64,000 bases of DNA from an uncultured Candidatus Actinomarina sp. (GTDB lineage: Bacteria; Actinomycetota; Acidimicrobiia; Actinomarinales; Actinomarinaceae). The notes under the pieces were generated by a model. That model saw only the letters and a list, made by a program, of their open reading frames with translations. It had not been told where the DNA came from and ran no database searches. Where the stretch lies: contig CACASI010000004.1 in assembly GCA_902535055.1 (NCBI GenBank), positions 34,154-98,153 on the forward strand. Reading direction: 5' to 3'. The translations under genes were made by a program, and so were the position numbers. Shown in pieces: positions 37,512 through 47,461 of this stretch (its first letter is position 1; every line of letters begins with the position of its first letter).

Positions 37512-39220
37512 AATTTTTTTAAATCATCCTCATTTAATATAACTACATCATTACTTCCACCGGCTGGAACCATTGGAAACACCATATCCTCTGGATCAAC
37601 AATGCATTCAACTAGAACAGGTTTGTCATTGATTTCTAGCATTTTTTCAAAAACTTTTTTCACATCAGATTTTTCAATCATTCTCAATCCTTTAGCTCCC
37701 ATTGATTCTGCAAGTGCAACATAGTCTGGAGTATGATGTGTTAATTCTGATGCAGAAAATCTGTTTTTATAAAATATTTTTTGCCATTGCCTAACCATTC
37801 CATGATTTCCATTGTTAAAAACAACAATTTTTATAGGAATATTTTCTGTTGAAGCGGTAATCAATTCCTGACATGTCATTTGAAAGCACCCGTCACCATC
37901 TAAAGCTAGAATCTGCCGATCAGGATAAGCAGTTTGGGCACCGATTGCAGCAGGAAGCGAATAACCCATTGTTCCTAGCCCTCCTGAATTTAACCATGTA
38001 TTAGGTTGAGTAAAATTCCAATGTTGTGATATCCACATTTGATGCTGACCAACTCCGGAGACGACTATTGCATCTTCATCAGCTAATTTTTGAAGCTCTT
38101 CCAGCACAAAAGGAACCTTAAGTGGGCCTTTTTCTTCTTGGATGTATGACAGAGGATAATCTTTTTTCATTTGATTAAGTTCATTTAACCAATCAGTTGT
38201 TTTTAAATCTGACCCTTCTAACCTTTCAATCAAGCCAGTGATAACACTTTTAGCATCACCTACAATTGGAACTTCTGGTTCTCTTATTTTTCCAATTTCA
38301 GCAGGGTCAATATCAGCATGAATTACCTTGGCATTTTGTGCGAAAAATTTAGGATTAGCTGTAACTCTGTCGTCAAACCTCACACCGATGGCAATTAAGA
38401 GATCTGATTTTTGTATGGAAGTTGTGGCTGTATAATTTCCATGCATACCAGGCATTTCAAAACATAGTTCATTTCCATCGGGGAAAGCACCTCTACCCAT
38501 TAATGTTGTTACAACTGGTATTTGAAATTTTGTAGCAAGCTCAAATAATTCTTCATTTGCTTTTGAGTGTATTATTCCACCACCAACATAAAGTATCGGT
38601 TTTTCTGCATTCTTAATTAAATCTGCTGCCTGATTTATCATTTTTGGATTTGGTTCTACAGTTGGTTTATATCCTGGTAAATCAACTAATTTTGGTTCAA
38701 TCCATTCAACTTTTTGATTTAATATATCTTTTGGTATATCAACTAAAACGGGTCCAGGCCTACCAGTAGTAGCAATATGTCTTGCTTCGAGCAATATCTG
38801 AGGAATCTCTTCTGCATTAGTAATTAAATAATTATGCTTAGTTGCGGCCATTGTCAAACCTACTGTGTATGCTTCTTGAAATGCGTCATTTCCAATTGCT
38901 TCTGAAGCAACTTGTCCGGTAATTGCTAATAGTGGAGTAGAGTCCATTAGTGCATTTGTTAAGGGTGTTATCAAATTAGTAGCTCCTGGTCCAGATGTAG
39001 CGATTACTACACCAAGTTCACCAGTTGCTTGGGCATAACCTTCTGCCATGTGCCCAGATCCTTGTTCGTGTCTAGCTAATATATGTCTTATTGGACTGTC
39101 ATATAACGGATCATATGCAGGCAATATTGCTCCGCCAGGTAGGCCAAAAATAGTAGAAATATTCATATATTCTAAACTTCTTACAACAAGTTCAGCACCA
39201 CTTAATTTTTCTTCACTCAT
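37508..39220 (-). CDS. ilvB: Acetolactate synthase large subunit
   Basis: ThDP enzyme motifs: GGLGTMGYSLPAAIGA, LDGDGCFQM, NNGNHGMVRQWQ. Confidence 0.95.
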   Translation of the reverse strand: MSEEKLSGAELVVRSLEYMNISTIFGLPGGAILPAYDPLYDSPIRHILARHEQGSGHMAEGYAQATGELGVVIATSGPGATNLITPLTNALMDSTPLLAITGQVASEAIGNDAFQEAYTVGLTMAATKHNYLITNAEEIPQILLEARHIATTGRPGPVLVDIPKDILNQKVEWIEPKLVDLPGYKPTVEPNPKMINQAADLIKNAEKPILYVGGGIIHSKANEELFELATKFQIPVVTTLMGRGAFPDGNELCFEMPGMHGNYTATTSIQKSDLLIAIGVRFDDRVTANPKFFAQNAKVIHADIDPAEIGKIREPEVPIVGDAKSVITGLIERLEGSDLKTTDWLNELNQMKKDYPLSYIQEEKGPLKVPFVLEELQKLADEDAIVVSGVGQHQMWISQHWNFTQPNTWLNSGGLGTMGYSLPAAIGAQTAYPDRQILALDGDGCFQMTCQELITASTENIPIKIVVFNNGNHGMVRQWQKIFYKNRFSASELTHHTPDYVALAESMGAKGLRMIEKSDVKKVFEKMLEINDKPVLVECIVDPEDMVFPMVPAGGSNDVVILNEDDLKKL

Positions 39221-39229
39221 ATCTTTCCC

Positions 39230-39256
39230 AAAAAAAAACCTCCCTATTTGGGGAGG
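39230..39256 (-). terminator. Intrinsic terminator hairpin of a putative ilv attenuator
   Basis: The minus strand reads CCTCCC-CAAATA-GGGAGG followed by nine T, ending 10 nt before the ilvB ATG. No upstream minus-strand gene needs terminating here. Confidence 0.6.
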
Positions 39257-39279
39257 CGCTCAATACTAGCTAGTGAGCG

Positions 39280-39330
39280 CTACATAAGCACTAATACTAG
39301 TAAAGAATTTAAATTTTGAATTATTTTCAT
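39280..39330 (-). CDS. Putative ilv leader peptide MKIIQNLNSLLVLVLM
   Basis: It is a 16-codon ORF (ATG..TAG) on the ilvB strand with 9/16 branched-chain residues, including the run LLVLVL. It lies immediately upstream of two hairpins and the T-run. Confidence 0.5.
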   Translation of the reverse strand: MKIIQNLNSLLVLVLM

Positions 39331-39348
39331 TAAGTATAACTATAGTTA

Positions 39349-40446
39349 ATGCTGATAAAAATGAAAGACCTAAATGTAATAAATTACTTAAACAAAAATA
39401 ATATTGAAATACCTAAAAATATAAAAATTTCAACAGTTGATATCCCATCTTTTGAAAATAAATCACAAAGGATTAAGGAAGTTAAAGATCAGAAAAAACA
39501 TGCAAATATGAAATTTACATTTTCTAATCCTGATTATTCAGGATTAGGTGACAAATTTACATGGGCAGAGTCTTGTATCATTATTAGTTACAACTATGGT
39601 GAAATATATTCTACAAATATATCTACATCAACTGGAAAAGGTTCAATTGCACGCTTTGCAATAGAAGATTATTACAAACCAATTAAGAAGTTTATAGAAA
39701 AACTTAAAGATCATTTTGATACTTTAGATTTGCGAACTCAAGAATTTATCGATAGTCCAAGTCATTATGACCGTTTATTTTTTGAAGGGTCTGGATTGGG
39801 ATGGCAAGGTAAAAGCTCAATGATGTTATCACCAAGTATTGGTCCATGGCAATTAATTGGTAACTTGTATGTTGAGATGAAATTTGAAACTCCAGTTGCT
39901 AAATCATATTCATGTGGAAATTGCAACATGTGTCAAATTTCTTGTCCAACTGGAGCATTAGATAATGAATACAAGATTGATTCTCGAAAATGTATATCTT
40001 ACTGGCTACAATCTCCAGAAATAATTCCACATGAAATAAGAACGAAAATTGCAAATAGATTTTATGGATGTGATGATTGCCTCACATCATGTCCACCAGG
40101 ACAAAATAAATTTATTAGCTTAAAACAAACAAAAGAAGTTGATTTGGAAAAAATAATAAATATGGATAAAGATAATTTAATTTCAAAATTTGAGTGGTTC
40201 TATGTACCTCAAAGGAATGGAGATTATCTAAAAAGAAATGCAATTATTGCACTTGCTAATAATCCAGATGAAAAGAGTCACGAATTATTTATCAAATTAC
40301 TAGATTCAGATTCAGATATTATAAGGCTATATTCAATATGGGCTTTATGGAGAATTGGCATGTTAGACAAAGTAAATGAAGAGTCTTTCATTAAAAAAGA
40401 AGTTTCAAGTGATGTAAAAAAAGAATTTGAAAGATTAAAAAAGTGA
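39349..40446 (+). CDS. queG: tRNA epoxyqueuosine(34) reductase
   Basis: Two ferredoxin-type clusters, CGNCNMCQISCPTGAL and GCDDCLTSCPPG, plus C-terminal HEAT-like repeats (ALANNPDEKS.., SDIIRLYSIWALWRIG). ATG 39361 is an alternative start. Confidence 0.8.
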   Translation: MLIKMKDLNVINYLNKNNIEIPKNIKISTVDIPSFENKSQRIKEVKDQKKHANMKFTFSNPDYSGLGDKFTWAESCIIISYNYGEIYSTNISTSTGKGSIARFAIEDYYKPIKKFIEKLKDHFDTLDLRTQEFIDSPSHYDRLFFEGSGLGWQGKSSMMLSPSIGPWQLIGNLYVEMKFETPVAKSYSCGNCNMCQISCPTGALDNEYKIDSRKCISYWLQSPEIIPHEIRTKIANRFYGCDDCLTSCPPGQNKFISLKQTKEVDLEKIINMDKDNLISKFEWFYVPQRNGDYLKRNAIIALANNPDEKSHELFIKLLDSDSDIIRLYSIWALWRIGMLDKVNEESFIKKEVSSDVKKEFERLKK

Positions 40447-40477
40447 TATTGTAATGGTTTTTATCTATTCTTAATCT

Positions 40478-42139
40478 ATGGCAAAGTTTTCTGATGACGT
40501 AACACAAGGTATCGAAAAATCAGCTGCAAGAGCAATGTTGAGAGCAGTTGGTTTAAATGATGATGACTTTAATAAATTTCAAGTAGGAATAGTTTCTGCA
40601 GGAAATGAAGTTACACCATGTAATTTAACAGGACCAGAATTATCAAATTTTGCAAAAGAGGGCGTAAATGGAGCTGATTCAGCAGGATTAATATTTTCAA
40701 CAATTGCTGTTTCAGATGGTATTTCAATGGGACACGAAGGTATGAGAGCTTCATTGGTTTCAAGAGAAGTAATTGCTGATTCAGTTGAATTGGTAATGCA
40801 TGCTGAAAGATTTGATGGAATGGTGACTATTGCGGGATGTGATAAATCATTACCCGGCATGTTGATGGCTTCAGCGAGAGTAAATAGGCCAGCAATATTT
40901 TTATATGGCGGCAGCAGCCTTCCTGGAGTATATAAAGGAAAAGATATTTCAATTGTGGATGTTTTTGAAGGCATTGGGGCATTTGATAAAGGCTTGATAT
41001 CTGAAGAAGAATTATACGAAATAGAATGTAATGCATGTCCTGGGCAAGGTTCCTGCGCTGGAATGTTCACAGCAAACACAATGGCATCAGTTGGCGAAGC
41101 TATAGGGATGAGCTTACCAGGGACAGCATCAATACCTGCAGAGGATGACCGATTAAGAGATGCTGCAAAAGAGTCAGGACTTCAATTAAATTACTTACTA
41201 AAAAATGACATTAAACCACGAGATATCATGACTATTAATGCATTTAAAAATGCAATCACAACAGTCTTGGCGTTAGGTGGAAGTACAAATGCAGTATTAC
41301 ACTTATTAGGTATAGCTTATGAAGCTCGTGTAAACCTAGATTTAAGCACTTTTGATGATATTGGAAGACAGGTTCCACATATTGCTGACATGAAACCATT
41401 CGGAAAATATCATATGGTTGATTTAGATAAAATTGGGGGAGTCCCAGTAGTTTCGAAAATTCTACTTGAAAATAAATTAATAAATCCTGACTGTTTGACT
41501 GTTACTGGAAAAACAGTTGGTGAGAACTTAGAGAATATTGAAATACCCACTAATCAAGACGTAGTATATTTTCCAGATAATCCGATTGCGAGTGAAGGCG
41601 GAATTGCAATCCTTAAAGGTTCTTTATCACCAAAAGGATCTGTTGTGAAAACAGCAGGTATAGAGATTAATGAATTTTCTGGTCCTGCTAATGTCTTTGA
41701 GAGTGAACAAGATGCTATTGATGCTTTATTTAACAACAAAATAAATAAAGGGGATGTCGTAGTAATTAGAAATGAAGGACCCAAAGGAGGTCCTGGAATG
41801 AGAGAGATGCTCCAGATAACTGCTGCTATAAAAGGTGCTGGTCTTGGCAAGGATGTTTTGTTAATTACCGATGGTCGATTCTCTGGGGGAACAACAGGTT
41901 TATGCATTGGACATGTTACTCCTGAAAGTTTTGATCATGGACCTATCTCGATTTGTAAAAATGGTGATGTAATTACACTTAATCTTACAAAGAGAGAGCT
42001 CAATCTTGAAATAAGTAAATCCGAAGTAGTTGCCAGACTTAAAGATTATGTTTTGCCTGAACCAAGATATAAATCTGGAGTGCTGAACAAATACTCTAAA
42101 CTAGTATCAGGAGCTGATACTGGCGCAGTTACCTCATAG
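40478..42139 (+). CDS. ilvD: Dihydroxy-acid dehydratase
   Basis: Motifs: [48 protein letters not shown]. Confidence 0.95.
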   Translation: MAKFSDDVTQGIEKSAARAMLRAVGLNDDDFNKFQVGIVSAGNEVTPCNLTGPELSNFAKEGVNGADSAGLIFSTIAVSDGISMGHEGMRASLVSREVIADSVELVMHAERFDGMVTIAGCDKSLPGMLMASARVNRPAIFLYGGSSLPGVYKGKDISIVDVFEGIGAFDKGLISEEELYEIECNACPGQGSCAGMFTANTMASVGEAIGMSLPGTASIPAEDDRLRDAAKESGLQLNYLLKNDIKPRDIMTINAFKNAITTVLALGGSTNAVLHLLGIAYEARVNLDLSTFDDIGRQVPHIADMKPFGKYHMVDLDKIGGVPVVSKILLENKLINPDCLTVTGKTVGENLENIEIPTNQDVVYFPDNPIASEGGIAILKGSLSPKGSVVKTAGIEINEFSGPANVFESEQDAIDALFNNKINKGDVVVIRNEGPKGGPGMREMLQITAAIKGAGLGKDVLLITDGRFSGGTTGLCIGHVTPESFDHGPISICKNGDVITLNLTKRELNLEISKSEVVARLKDYVLPEPRYKSGVLNKYSKLVSGADTGAVTS

Positions 42140-42144
42140 TATTA

Positions 42145-42915
42145 ATGATATTCATTTCTGACGTACATCATGGTTTAGACTCCTTAGAAAATCTTCCATC
42201 AGGCAAAGGTCCATTAGTAATATTAGGCGATTTAATTAACTGGATTGATTACAGAAATGGTGATGGTATAGCAAAAGATGTTTTTGGGGAAGAAAGTGTA
42301 ACCAAACTTGTGGAACTTAGAAAAAAACATGATTTTACAAGAAGAAAAGAATTGTGGAATGAACTATTTTCAAAAGATAGGGAAGTAAAACAAACAAAAA
42401 TTGAGGAATCTATTTATCGACAATACAGGGAAGTTTTTGATAAAATTAAAAATTTCGAAGTATTTCTTATTCCAGGAAATGTAGATTCGTTAAAGATAAT
42501 TGAAGAAACAAAAACAAATAATGTAACAAATATTGATGGAGAGATTTTGGATTACAAAGGTCTCAAAATCGGCTTTGCTGGTGGAGGAGTACCAACACCA
42601 ATTAATGCGAGAGGGGAAATACCAGAAGAGGAATTTAAATCTAAATTAGAAAATTTAGGAGATATTGATATCATATGTTCACATGCGCCTCCATATGTTG
42701 ATGAACTTATTACAGATGTTATAACGAATAAAAAAGAACAAGGCTGGAAAAGTTTAAAGAAATTCATACAAGATAAAGAACCAAAATTTTCTATTTTTGG
42801 TGATGTTCATCAACCAAAAGCCTATGAATGGAAAATTGGTTTAACAAAGTGTATTAATGTTGGTTATTTTCGATCAAGTAGTAATTATTTAGACATTGAA
42901 ACCTTAAGCATATGA
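42145..42915 (+). CDS. Metallophosphoesterase (calcineurin-like)
   Basis: Ordered motifs: ISDVHHG, LGDLINW, PGNVD, CSHAPP, FGDVHQP. Confidence 0.75.
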   Translation: MIFISDVHHGLDSLENLPSGKGPLVILGDLINWIDYRNGDGIAKDVFGEESVTKLVELRKKHDFTRRKELWNELFSKDREVKQTKIEESIYRQYREVFDKIKNFEVFLIPGNVDSLKIIEETKTNNVTNIDGEILDYKGLKIGFAGGGVPTPINARGEIPEEEFKSKLENLGDIDIICSHAPPYVDELITDVITNKKEQGWKSLKKFIQDKEPKFSIFGDVHQPKAYEWKIGLTKCINVGYFRSSSNYLDIETLSI

Positions 42916-43793
42916 ACGTTTTAGCACTTGATGTTGGCGGAACCACAATAAAAGGTGGTCTTGTGAATGAAAAACTCAAAATTAAAGAAAAATTTATAGA
43001 GGATACACCTAAAAAAGAGTCATCCTTTCTTTCACTAATAGAAAAAATTCACGATAGATACTCTGCTAAAACTGATCAAGTCTCTCTTGGCATGCCAGGA
43101 TTTGTAGATAATGATAATCATATTTTTAAATATGGTACCAATATGCAATTTTCTATTGATTTCAAAAAGCTCGAATTAATCAAAGACAAAAAGATTTATT
43201 TGGAGAATGACGGAAATTTAGCTGCATATTCTGAATATTTACTACATTTTAAAAATGATTATAAAAATTTAATAATGCTTACATTTGGTACTGGAATAGG
43301 AGGGGGGATCATACATAATTCTCAAATCTTTAAAGGCAGTGGCAATGCTGGTGAAATAGGGCGTATCTTAATTAATGAAAATTCCTATTTAGAAGATGTA
43401 ATTTCCGCCAAAGCATGGACAAAGAAATGTAAAGAACTGTTTGAACAAAATCAAAATACACAACTATCTAAAATATTTTCTGAAGAAAAAGTAGGCTCCC
43501 TTTTATTTGACAATTCAATTGATCTTGAAGATCATGAAAAGCTTGCTAGAGACGAGATAATAGTACAAACGTCTCTTGCCTTAGTATCATTATTTGAATT
43601 ATTTGATAATGAAATATTTGTTATAGGTGGGAGTATGACAAAAAACCCATATAATTTTATTCCCTTAATTGATAAATATATTAAAAAAAATTTTGATTTC
43701 CCAAATAGAAGTTTTCCAATTATTAAGTTAAGTAAAGCACGAGAAGATTCAGGCTTGTTAGGTGCAGCATTACTAGCTTTAAATAGTGAATAA
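42912..43793 (+). CDS. ROK family sugar kinase (glucokinase-like)
   Basis: Motifs: LALDVGGTTIKGG, ENDGNLAAYSE, FGTGIGGGII. Confidence 0.75.
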   Translation: MNVLALDVGGTTIKGGLVNEKLKIKEKFIEDTPKKESSFLSLIEKIHDRYSAKTDQVSLGMPGFVDNDNHIFKYGTNMQFSIDFKKLELIKDKKIYLENDGNLAAYSEYLLHFKNDYKNLIMLTFGTGIGGGIIHNSQIFKGSGNAGEIGRILINENSYLEDVISAKAWTKKCKELFEQNQNTQLSKIFSEEKVGSLLFDNSIDLEDHEKLARDEIIVQTSLALVSLFELFDNEIFVIGGSMTKNPYNFIPLIDKYIKKNFDFPNRSFPIIKLSKAREDSGLLGAALLALNSE

Positions 43794-44472
43794 TAAGTCC
43801 TTACTTTTAAATGGCTCATTCTTTGAGGATGAGTATTTAAAAAAAATTGATATTTTAAATAATCTTGAAATTAAATCTGTCTATGTATTTGACCACTATC
43901 AAAATCCTGAAATAAAGAGCAAGCCTGTGTATGAGATTAAGGAAGCTATTAACAAATTAAATGAAGTAAATAAAAATTTTGAAATCGGCTCCATGGTGTT
44001 AAATGTAAGAAAGAGAAAAAAAGATATTTTACTAAATGATTATATTTATCAATTTATGGAAATTAAAAATTTTAATTTTGGTTTAGGAATTGGAGATGAA
44101 AAATATGAAAAGAAAAATAAAATTTTTAAAAATAATATTGAAGATATAATTTGCAAAATTCAAAGTCATAAAATATATGACGGAAATAAAGTAAATATTA
44201 TACTCGGCGGCAATTCAAAATTCTTCTTTGATCTTTGTTTAAAATATTCGATTGGATTAAATCAATGGCAGGGAAGCGTTGAAAATATTAAGAATAAGAT
44301 AGACCTTTTTAAGAAATCAAACATCAACGAGTCAAAAATTAGTTACTGTACAAAAAACTTAAAGTTTTCGGGAAAGGAATTAAATGAAAATATTGAAATT
44401 ATATATGTTTTAAGTGAAAACAAAACTTTTAAAGATCAGATTGATGATATTAGTAATTACTGCTTAAATTAA
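43786..44472 (+). CDS. Hypothetical protein (faint, shortened luciferase-like/LLM pattern)
   Basis: 228 aa. VFDHY.., GLGIGDEKYEKK, ILGGNSKFFFDLCLKYSIGLNQW loosely follow the DH / GLG.G / gG landmarks of LLM enzymes, but the protein is about 100 aa too short. GTG start. Confidence 0.3.
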   Translation: MNNKSLLLNGSFFEDEYLKKIDILNNLEIKSVYVFDHYQNPEIKSKPVYEIKEAINKLNEVNKNFEIGSMVLNVRKRKKDILLNDYIYQFMEIKNFNFGLGIGDEKYEKKNKIFKNNIEDIICKIQSHKIYDGNKVNIILGGNSKFFFDLCLKYSIGLNQWQGSVENIKNKIDLFKKSNINESKISYCTKNLKFSGKELNENIEIIYVLSENKTFKDQIDDISNYCLN

Positions 44473-44476
44473 AAAA

Positions 44477-45499
44477 ATGATTGATATTAGATCTGATACA
44501 GTTACAAAGCCTTCAAAAGAAATGTTGGAAGTAATTGTAAATTCTGAAGTTGGTGACGATGAGTACAAAGAAGATCCAACAGTAAATGAACTTGAGGAAT
44601 TTGCAGCAGATTTACTTGGATTTGAATCTGGACTCTTTGTTACTTCTGGATTGATGGGAAATCAAATTTCATTACTAAACCATACAAATCCTGGAGAAGA
44701 AGTAATAACAACGCAAGATTCACATATTAAAAATTATGAACATGGAGCAGCTTCATTTTTATCAAGGATTCAGTTTAGAAATGTGAGTCATAATGATGGT
44801 GATTTAAATCTAAATGATATAATTTCACAGATTTCGAAATCATCATATTACAAACCTAAGATCAGTACGGTTGCAATTGAAAATACTCATCTTGCTTCAG
44901 GAGGAACAATAATTCCATTTGAAAACATAAAGAAGTTATCTGAATTTACAAAATCAAATAATTTAAAGCTTCATGTTGACGGAGCAAGAGTATGGCACGC
45001 AATTTTGGAAGAAAACACAAAAGCTAACTATGGAAAATATTGTGACAGTTTAACGTTTTGTTTTTCAAAAGGACTTGGTGCTCCTATTGGGTCCATGTTA
45101 TTGGGGTCAAAAGATTTTATTGCCAATTCACGTGAATATAGAAAAAAAATTGGTGGAGGAATGAGGCAAGTTGGGATTATCGCCTCTGCTGCAAAATATG
45201 CTTTAGAAAACAGGAGCAATCTTATTAATGATCATAAAATGGCGAAAGAGGTATTTACCGTAATTAAAAATATGGAGAACAAAATAGACTGTATAGAGTC
45301 AGTAGCTTATAAAGGAACAAATATGATTTTGTTAAATTTTGACACTTTGAGTAATTCAGATGAGTTTTTAAAATATTTAGCTGATAACGAAATTAAAGCA
45401 GGTTATCTTAGAGAAAAGGTGATTAGATTTGTTTTTCACAAGGATGTAACGTCAGATAATAAAGAAAAGCTAATAAAAACCCTTCAATCTTTTTCATAA
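44477..45499 (+). CDS. ltaE: Low-specificity L-threonine aldolase
   Basis: Motifs: DIRSDTVTKPS, GDDEYKEDPTVNELE, FCFSKGLGAPIGS (PLP-Lys region). Confidence 0.85.
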   Translation: MIDIRSDTVTKPSKEMLEVIVNSEVGDDEYKEDPTVNELEEFAADLLGFESGLFVTSGLMGNQISLLNHTNPGEEVITTQDSHIKNYEHGAASFLSRIQFRNVSHNDGDLNLNDIISQISKSSYYKPKISTVAIENTHLASGGTIIPFENIKKLSEFTKSNNLKLHVDGARVWHAILEENTKANYGKYCDSLTFCFSKGLGAPIGSMLLGSKDFIANSREYRKKIGGGMRQVGIIASAAKYALENRSNLINDHKMAKEVFTVIKNMENKIDCIESVAYKGTNMILLNFDTLSNSDEFLKYLADNEIKAGYLREKVIRFVFHKDVTSDNKEKLIKTLQSFS

Positions 45500-45768
45500 T
45501 ATTTGTCATCATTCCATTCAGTTATAGATTTTTCAGACAATCTAATCAAAGTAAACACACCACCAACCATTACAATATTTGTAATCAATATATTTAAAGC
45601 AATAGTGTACGTGCAATTTGTTGAACAGAATGTATTTCCAAGAATAAAACCAATATAAATAGAAAGACTTAGAACGAGTAAATAAATTATAAATTTAAAT
45701 TTTTTACTAAAAACCATTTTCAACATTATTGTAATAGAAGATGAATTTTGTAAATCCTTGGCTTTCAT
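45484..45768 (-). CDS. Small hypothetical membrane protein (2 TM)
   Basis: It is an ORF only. Two hydrophobic helices are present. The start is uncertain (internal Met codons at 45726 and 45717). It overlaps the opposite-strand ORF 45741-45956 at its 5' end. Confidence 0.3.
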   Translation of the reverse strand: MKAKDLQNSSSITIMLKMVFSKKFKFIIYLLVLSLSIYIGFILGNTFCSTNCTYTIALNILITNIVMVGGVFTLIRLSEKSITEWNDDKYYEKD

Positions 45769-45956
45769 TATTTAGTTTTGTTTATTTCATTGCAGCTGGA
45801 TTGTTGTCCTTTTTAATGAGTAAATACTTTGTTAATTTGTATCTCAAAAAAGTAGATTCAAGATTTTTAAGATCTATTGAGCCATTGATAGGGGTGATAA
45901 GCTTTTCGTCATCATTTGGGTTATTTTTAATTATTCTTTATAACGTACTAACCTAG
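45741..45956 (+). CDS. Small hypothetical membrane protein (2 TM)
   Basis: It is an ORF only, 71 aa, with two hydrophobic helices. It fills an otherwise non-coding gap. Confidence 0.3.
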   Translation: MNFVNPWLSLFSFVYFIAAGLLSFLMSKYFVNLYLKKVDSRFLRSIEPLIGVISFSSSFGLFLIILYNVLT

Positions 45957-46501
45957 ACAGGGTTAATATATTTTTTTAAATTATTCTTTTCAATATATTG
46001 CAAATCACAGTGACTTGGTTTGTCCATATTAAAATTGTCAGACTCTAATTTATAAAACGTAAATGATCTAATCGTGTCTTGATGGGTAACAAATAAAACA
46101 TTTTTATTATTCTCATATAACTTATTGACCCTTTTAAAGGTATCAAAGAAACTCTCATCAGTATTAAGTTCTGTCGGGTAATTAATGTAGATTTCAAATT
46201 CTTTTGATTGTTGTACCTCAAAAGTGGTATTTCCAATCCAATTTTTAATTCCACCCCATTCGGTGATTTCATCAATAAAGGTTATTTTCTTCTTTAAGAT
46301 TTTATTTACTATTTGAGAGGTTTGCCTTGCCCTAAGAAGAGGGGAGGAAATTATTTTTTCAATTTTAAAATCTTTCTTCAATTTTTCAGCAATATGTTCT
46401 GCTTGTTTTATTCCTTTTTCAGAAAGTTCATAACCAGGAATATTGTAATATAAAATATCTTTTGGATTTTTTACTTCACCATGTCTCAAAAATATATTCA
46501 T
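45953..46501 (-). CDS. Histidine phosphatase family protein (phosphoglycerate mutase-like)
   Basis: It has the N-terminal motif FLRHGEV, SSPLLRARQT and a later THQD (His) motif. 182 aa. Confidence 0.75.
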   Translation of the reverse strand: MNIFLRHGEVKNPKDILYYNIPGYELSEKGIKQAEHIAEKLKKDFKIEKIISSPLLRARQTSQIVNKILKKKITFIDEITEWGGIKNWIGNTTFEVQQSKEFEIYINYPTELNTDESFFDTFKRVNKLYENNKNVLFVTHQDTIRSFTFYKLESDNFNMDKPSHCDLQYIEKNNLKKYINPV

Positions 46502-46542
46502 CTTAATTACAGAGTAGTTTCAGAATATATTAAAATCTTCAT

Positions 46543-46893
46543 ATGGGTTTGAATAAAAAAGAACAAGAAATTTTAAAACAAATTGAAATGGGTCTGTCTG
46601 AGGATGATCCAAAATTAGAAAAAGCTGTTGAAAATTTAACCCTTTCAAATTTTTCTCGTGCAAGAATAACCATTTCGTTTTTTGTATTCCTTATAGGCTT
46701 CATAACCATGATTGCAACTTACACTATTCAACCTATATTTGCCATAGTTGGTTTTGTTCTGATGGCACTCTCTGGATTTGTATTTGTTACAAATACAAAA
46801 TCATTACTAAGTGCTGAAAACATTAATGAATGGAATTTTAAACAAATCTACAAATTAGTAAGAAACAAAGATACCTCTAGACAAAACAAATAG
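46543..46893 (+). CDS. DUF3040-like small membrane protein
   Basis: The N-terminal LNKKEQEILKQIEMGLSEDDPKL matches the LSE.EQR.LEQIE..L...DP signature. It is followed by two TM helices. This is the typical actinobacterial neighbour of the dcw cluster. Confidence 0.65.
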   Translation: MGLNKKEQEILKQIEMGLSEDDPKLEKAVENLTLSNFSRARITISFFVFLIGFITMIATYTIQPIFAIVGFVLMALSGFVFVTNTKSLLSAENINEWNFKQIYKLVRNKDTSRQNK

Positions 46894-46942
46894 TATTAAT
46901 TAAATTTAATAATACGTCTTAATTTTAATAAGGAGTAAGGAA

Positions 46943-47434
46943 TTGAATAAGGACGCATTTACGTCTAAACAAGCATGTTATTTGTCTGACTGCACTTCAC
47001 ATCAACTTAGATATTGGGACAAAGTAGGTCTGGTTTCTCCGAGTATACAATCATCGCATGGTAAACCTGGAGTTCCAAAATTGTATTCTTTCAGAGATAT
47101 TGTATCTCTGAAAGTCATTAAAACTTTACTAGACAATGGGATGAGCATTCAAAGAGTTAGACGAGCTTGGAGATATTTAACAAGAAATGGGGACCTACAA
47201 GACGAACTTTCTAAAACAAAACTTATTTCAGATGGTGATACAATTTACACAATTGAGGACAACAAAGTTTTTGATGCACTCAAGCTTGGACAATTAGCTT
47301 TCTTTGAAACAATTGATTACGTTGCAAAAGAAGTAAAAGAAGATGTTTCAAAATTTGAATTAGATAAAGAAAAATTCTTAAACCTTTTAACAAAAGTTGA
47401 AGATGATGTGCAATCACAACAGTTACAAGCGTAA
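46943..47434 (+). CDS. MerR-family HTH transcriptional regulator
   Basis: N-terminal HTH FTSKQACYLSDCTSHQLRYWDKVGLVSPS..YSFRDIVSLKVIKTLLDNGMSIQRVR. TTG start preceded by GGAG. Confidence 0.7.
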   Translation: MNKDAFTSKQACYLSDCTSHQLRYWDKVGLVSPSIQSSHGKPGVPKLYSFRDIVSLKVIKTLLDNGMSIQRVRRAWRYLTRNGDLQDELSKTKLISDGDTIYTIEDNKVFDALKLGQLAFFETIDYVAKEVKEDVSKFELDKEKFLNLLTKVEDDVQSQQLQA

Positions 47435-47461
47435 ATAAATTTTCTCATCTAAAATTAAATT

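Noticed and set aside
39230-39256. The hairpin plus homopolymer run considered as a terminator for a plus-strand gene or for queG.
   Set aside because: On the plus strand the run (A9) precedes the stem rather than following it. queG starts downstream of the hairpin and reads away from it. Only the minus-strand reading gives stem plus U-run.
40579-41907. Minus-strand ORFs of 166, 69 and 117 aa antisense to ilvD.
   Set aside because: ilvD is GC-richer than its surroundings, which suppresses stops on the opposite strand. The translations are Pro/Ser/Ala-rich with no motifs.
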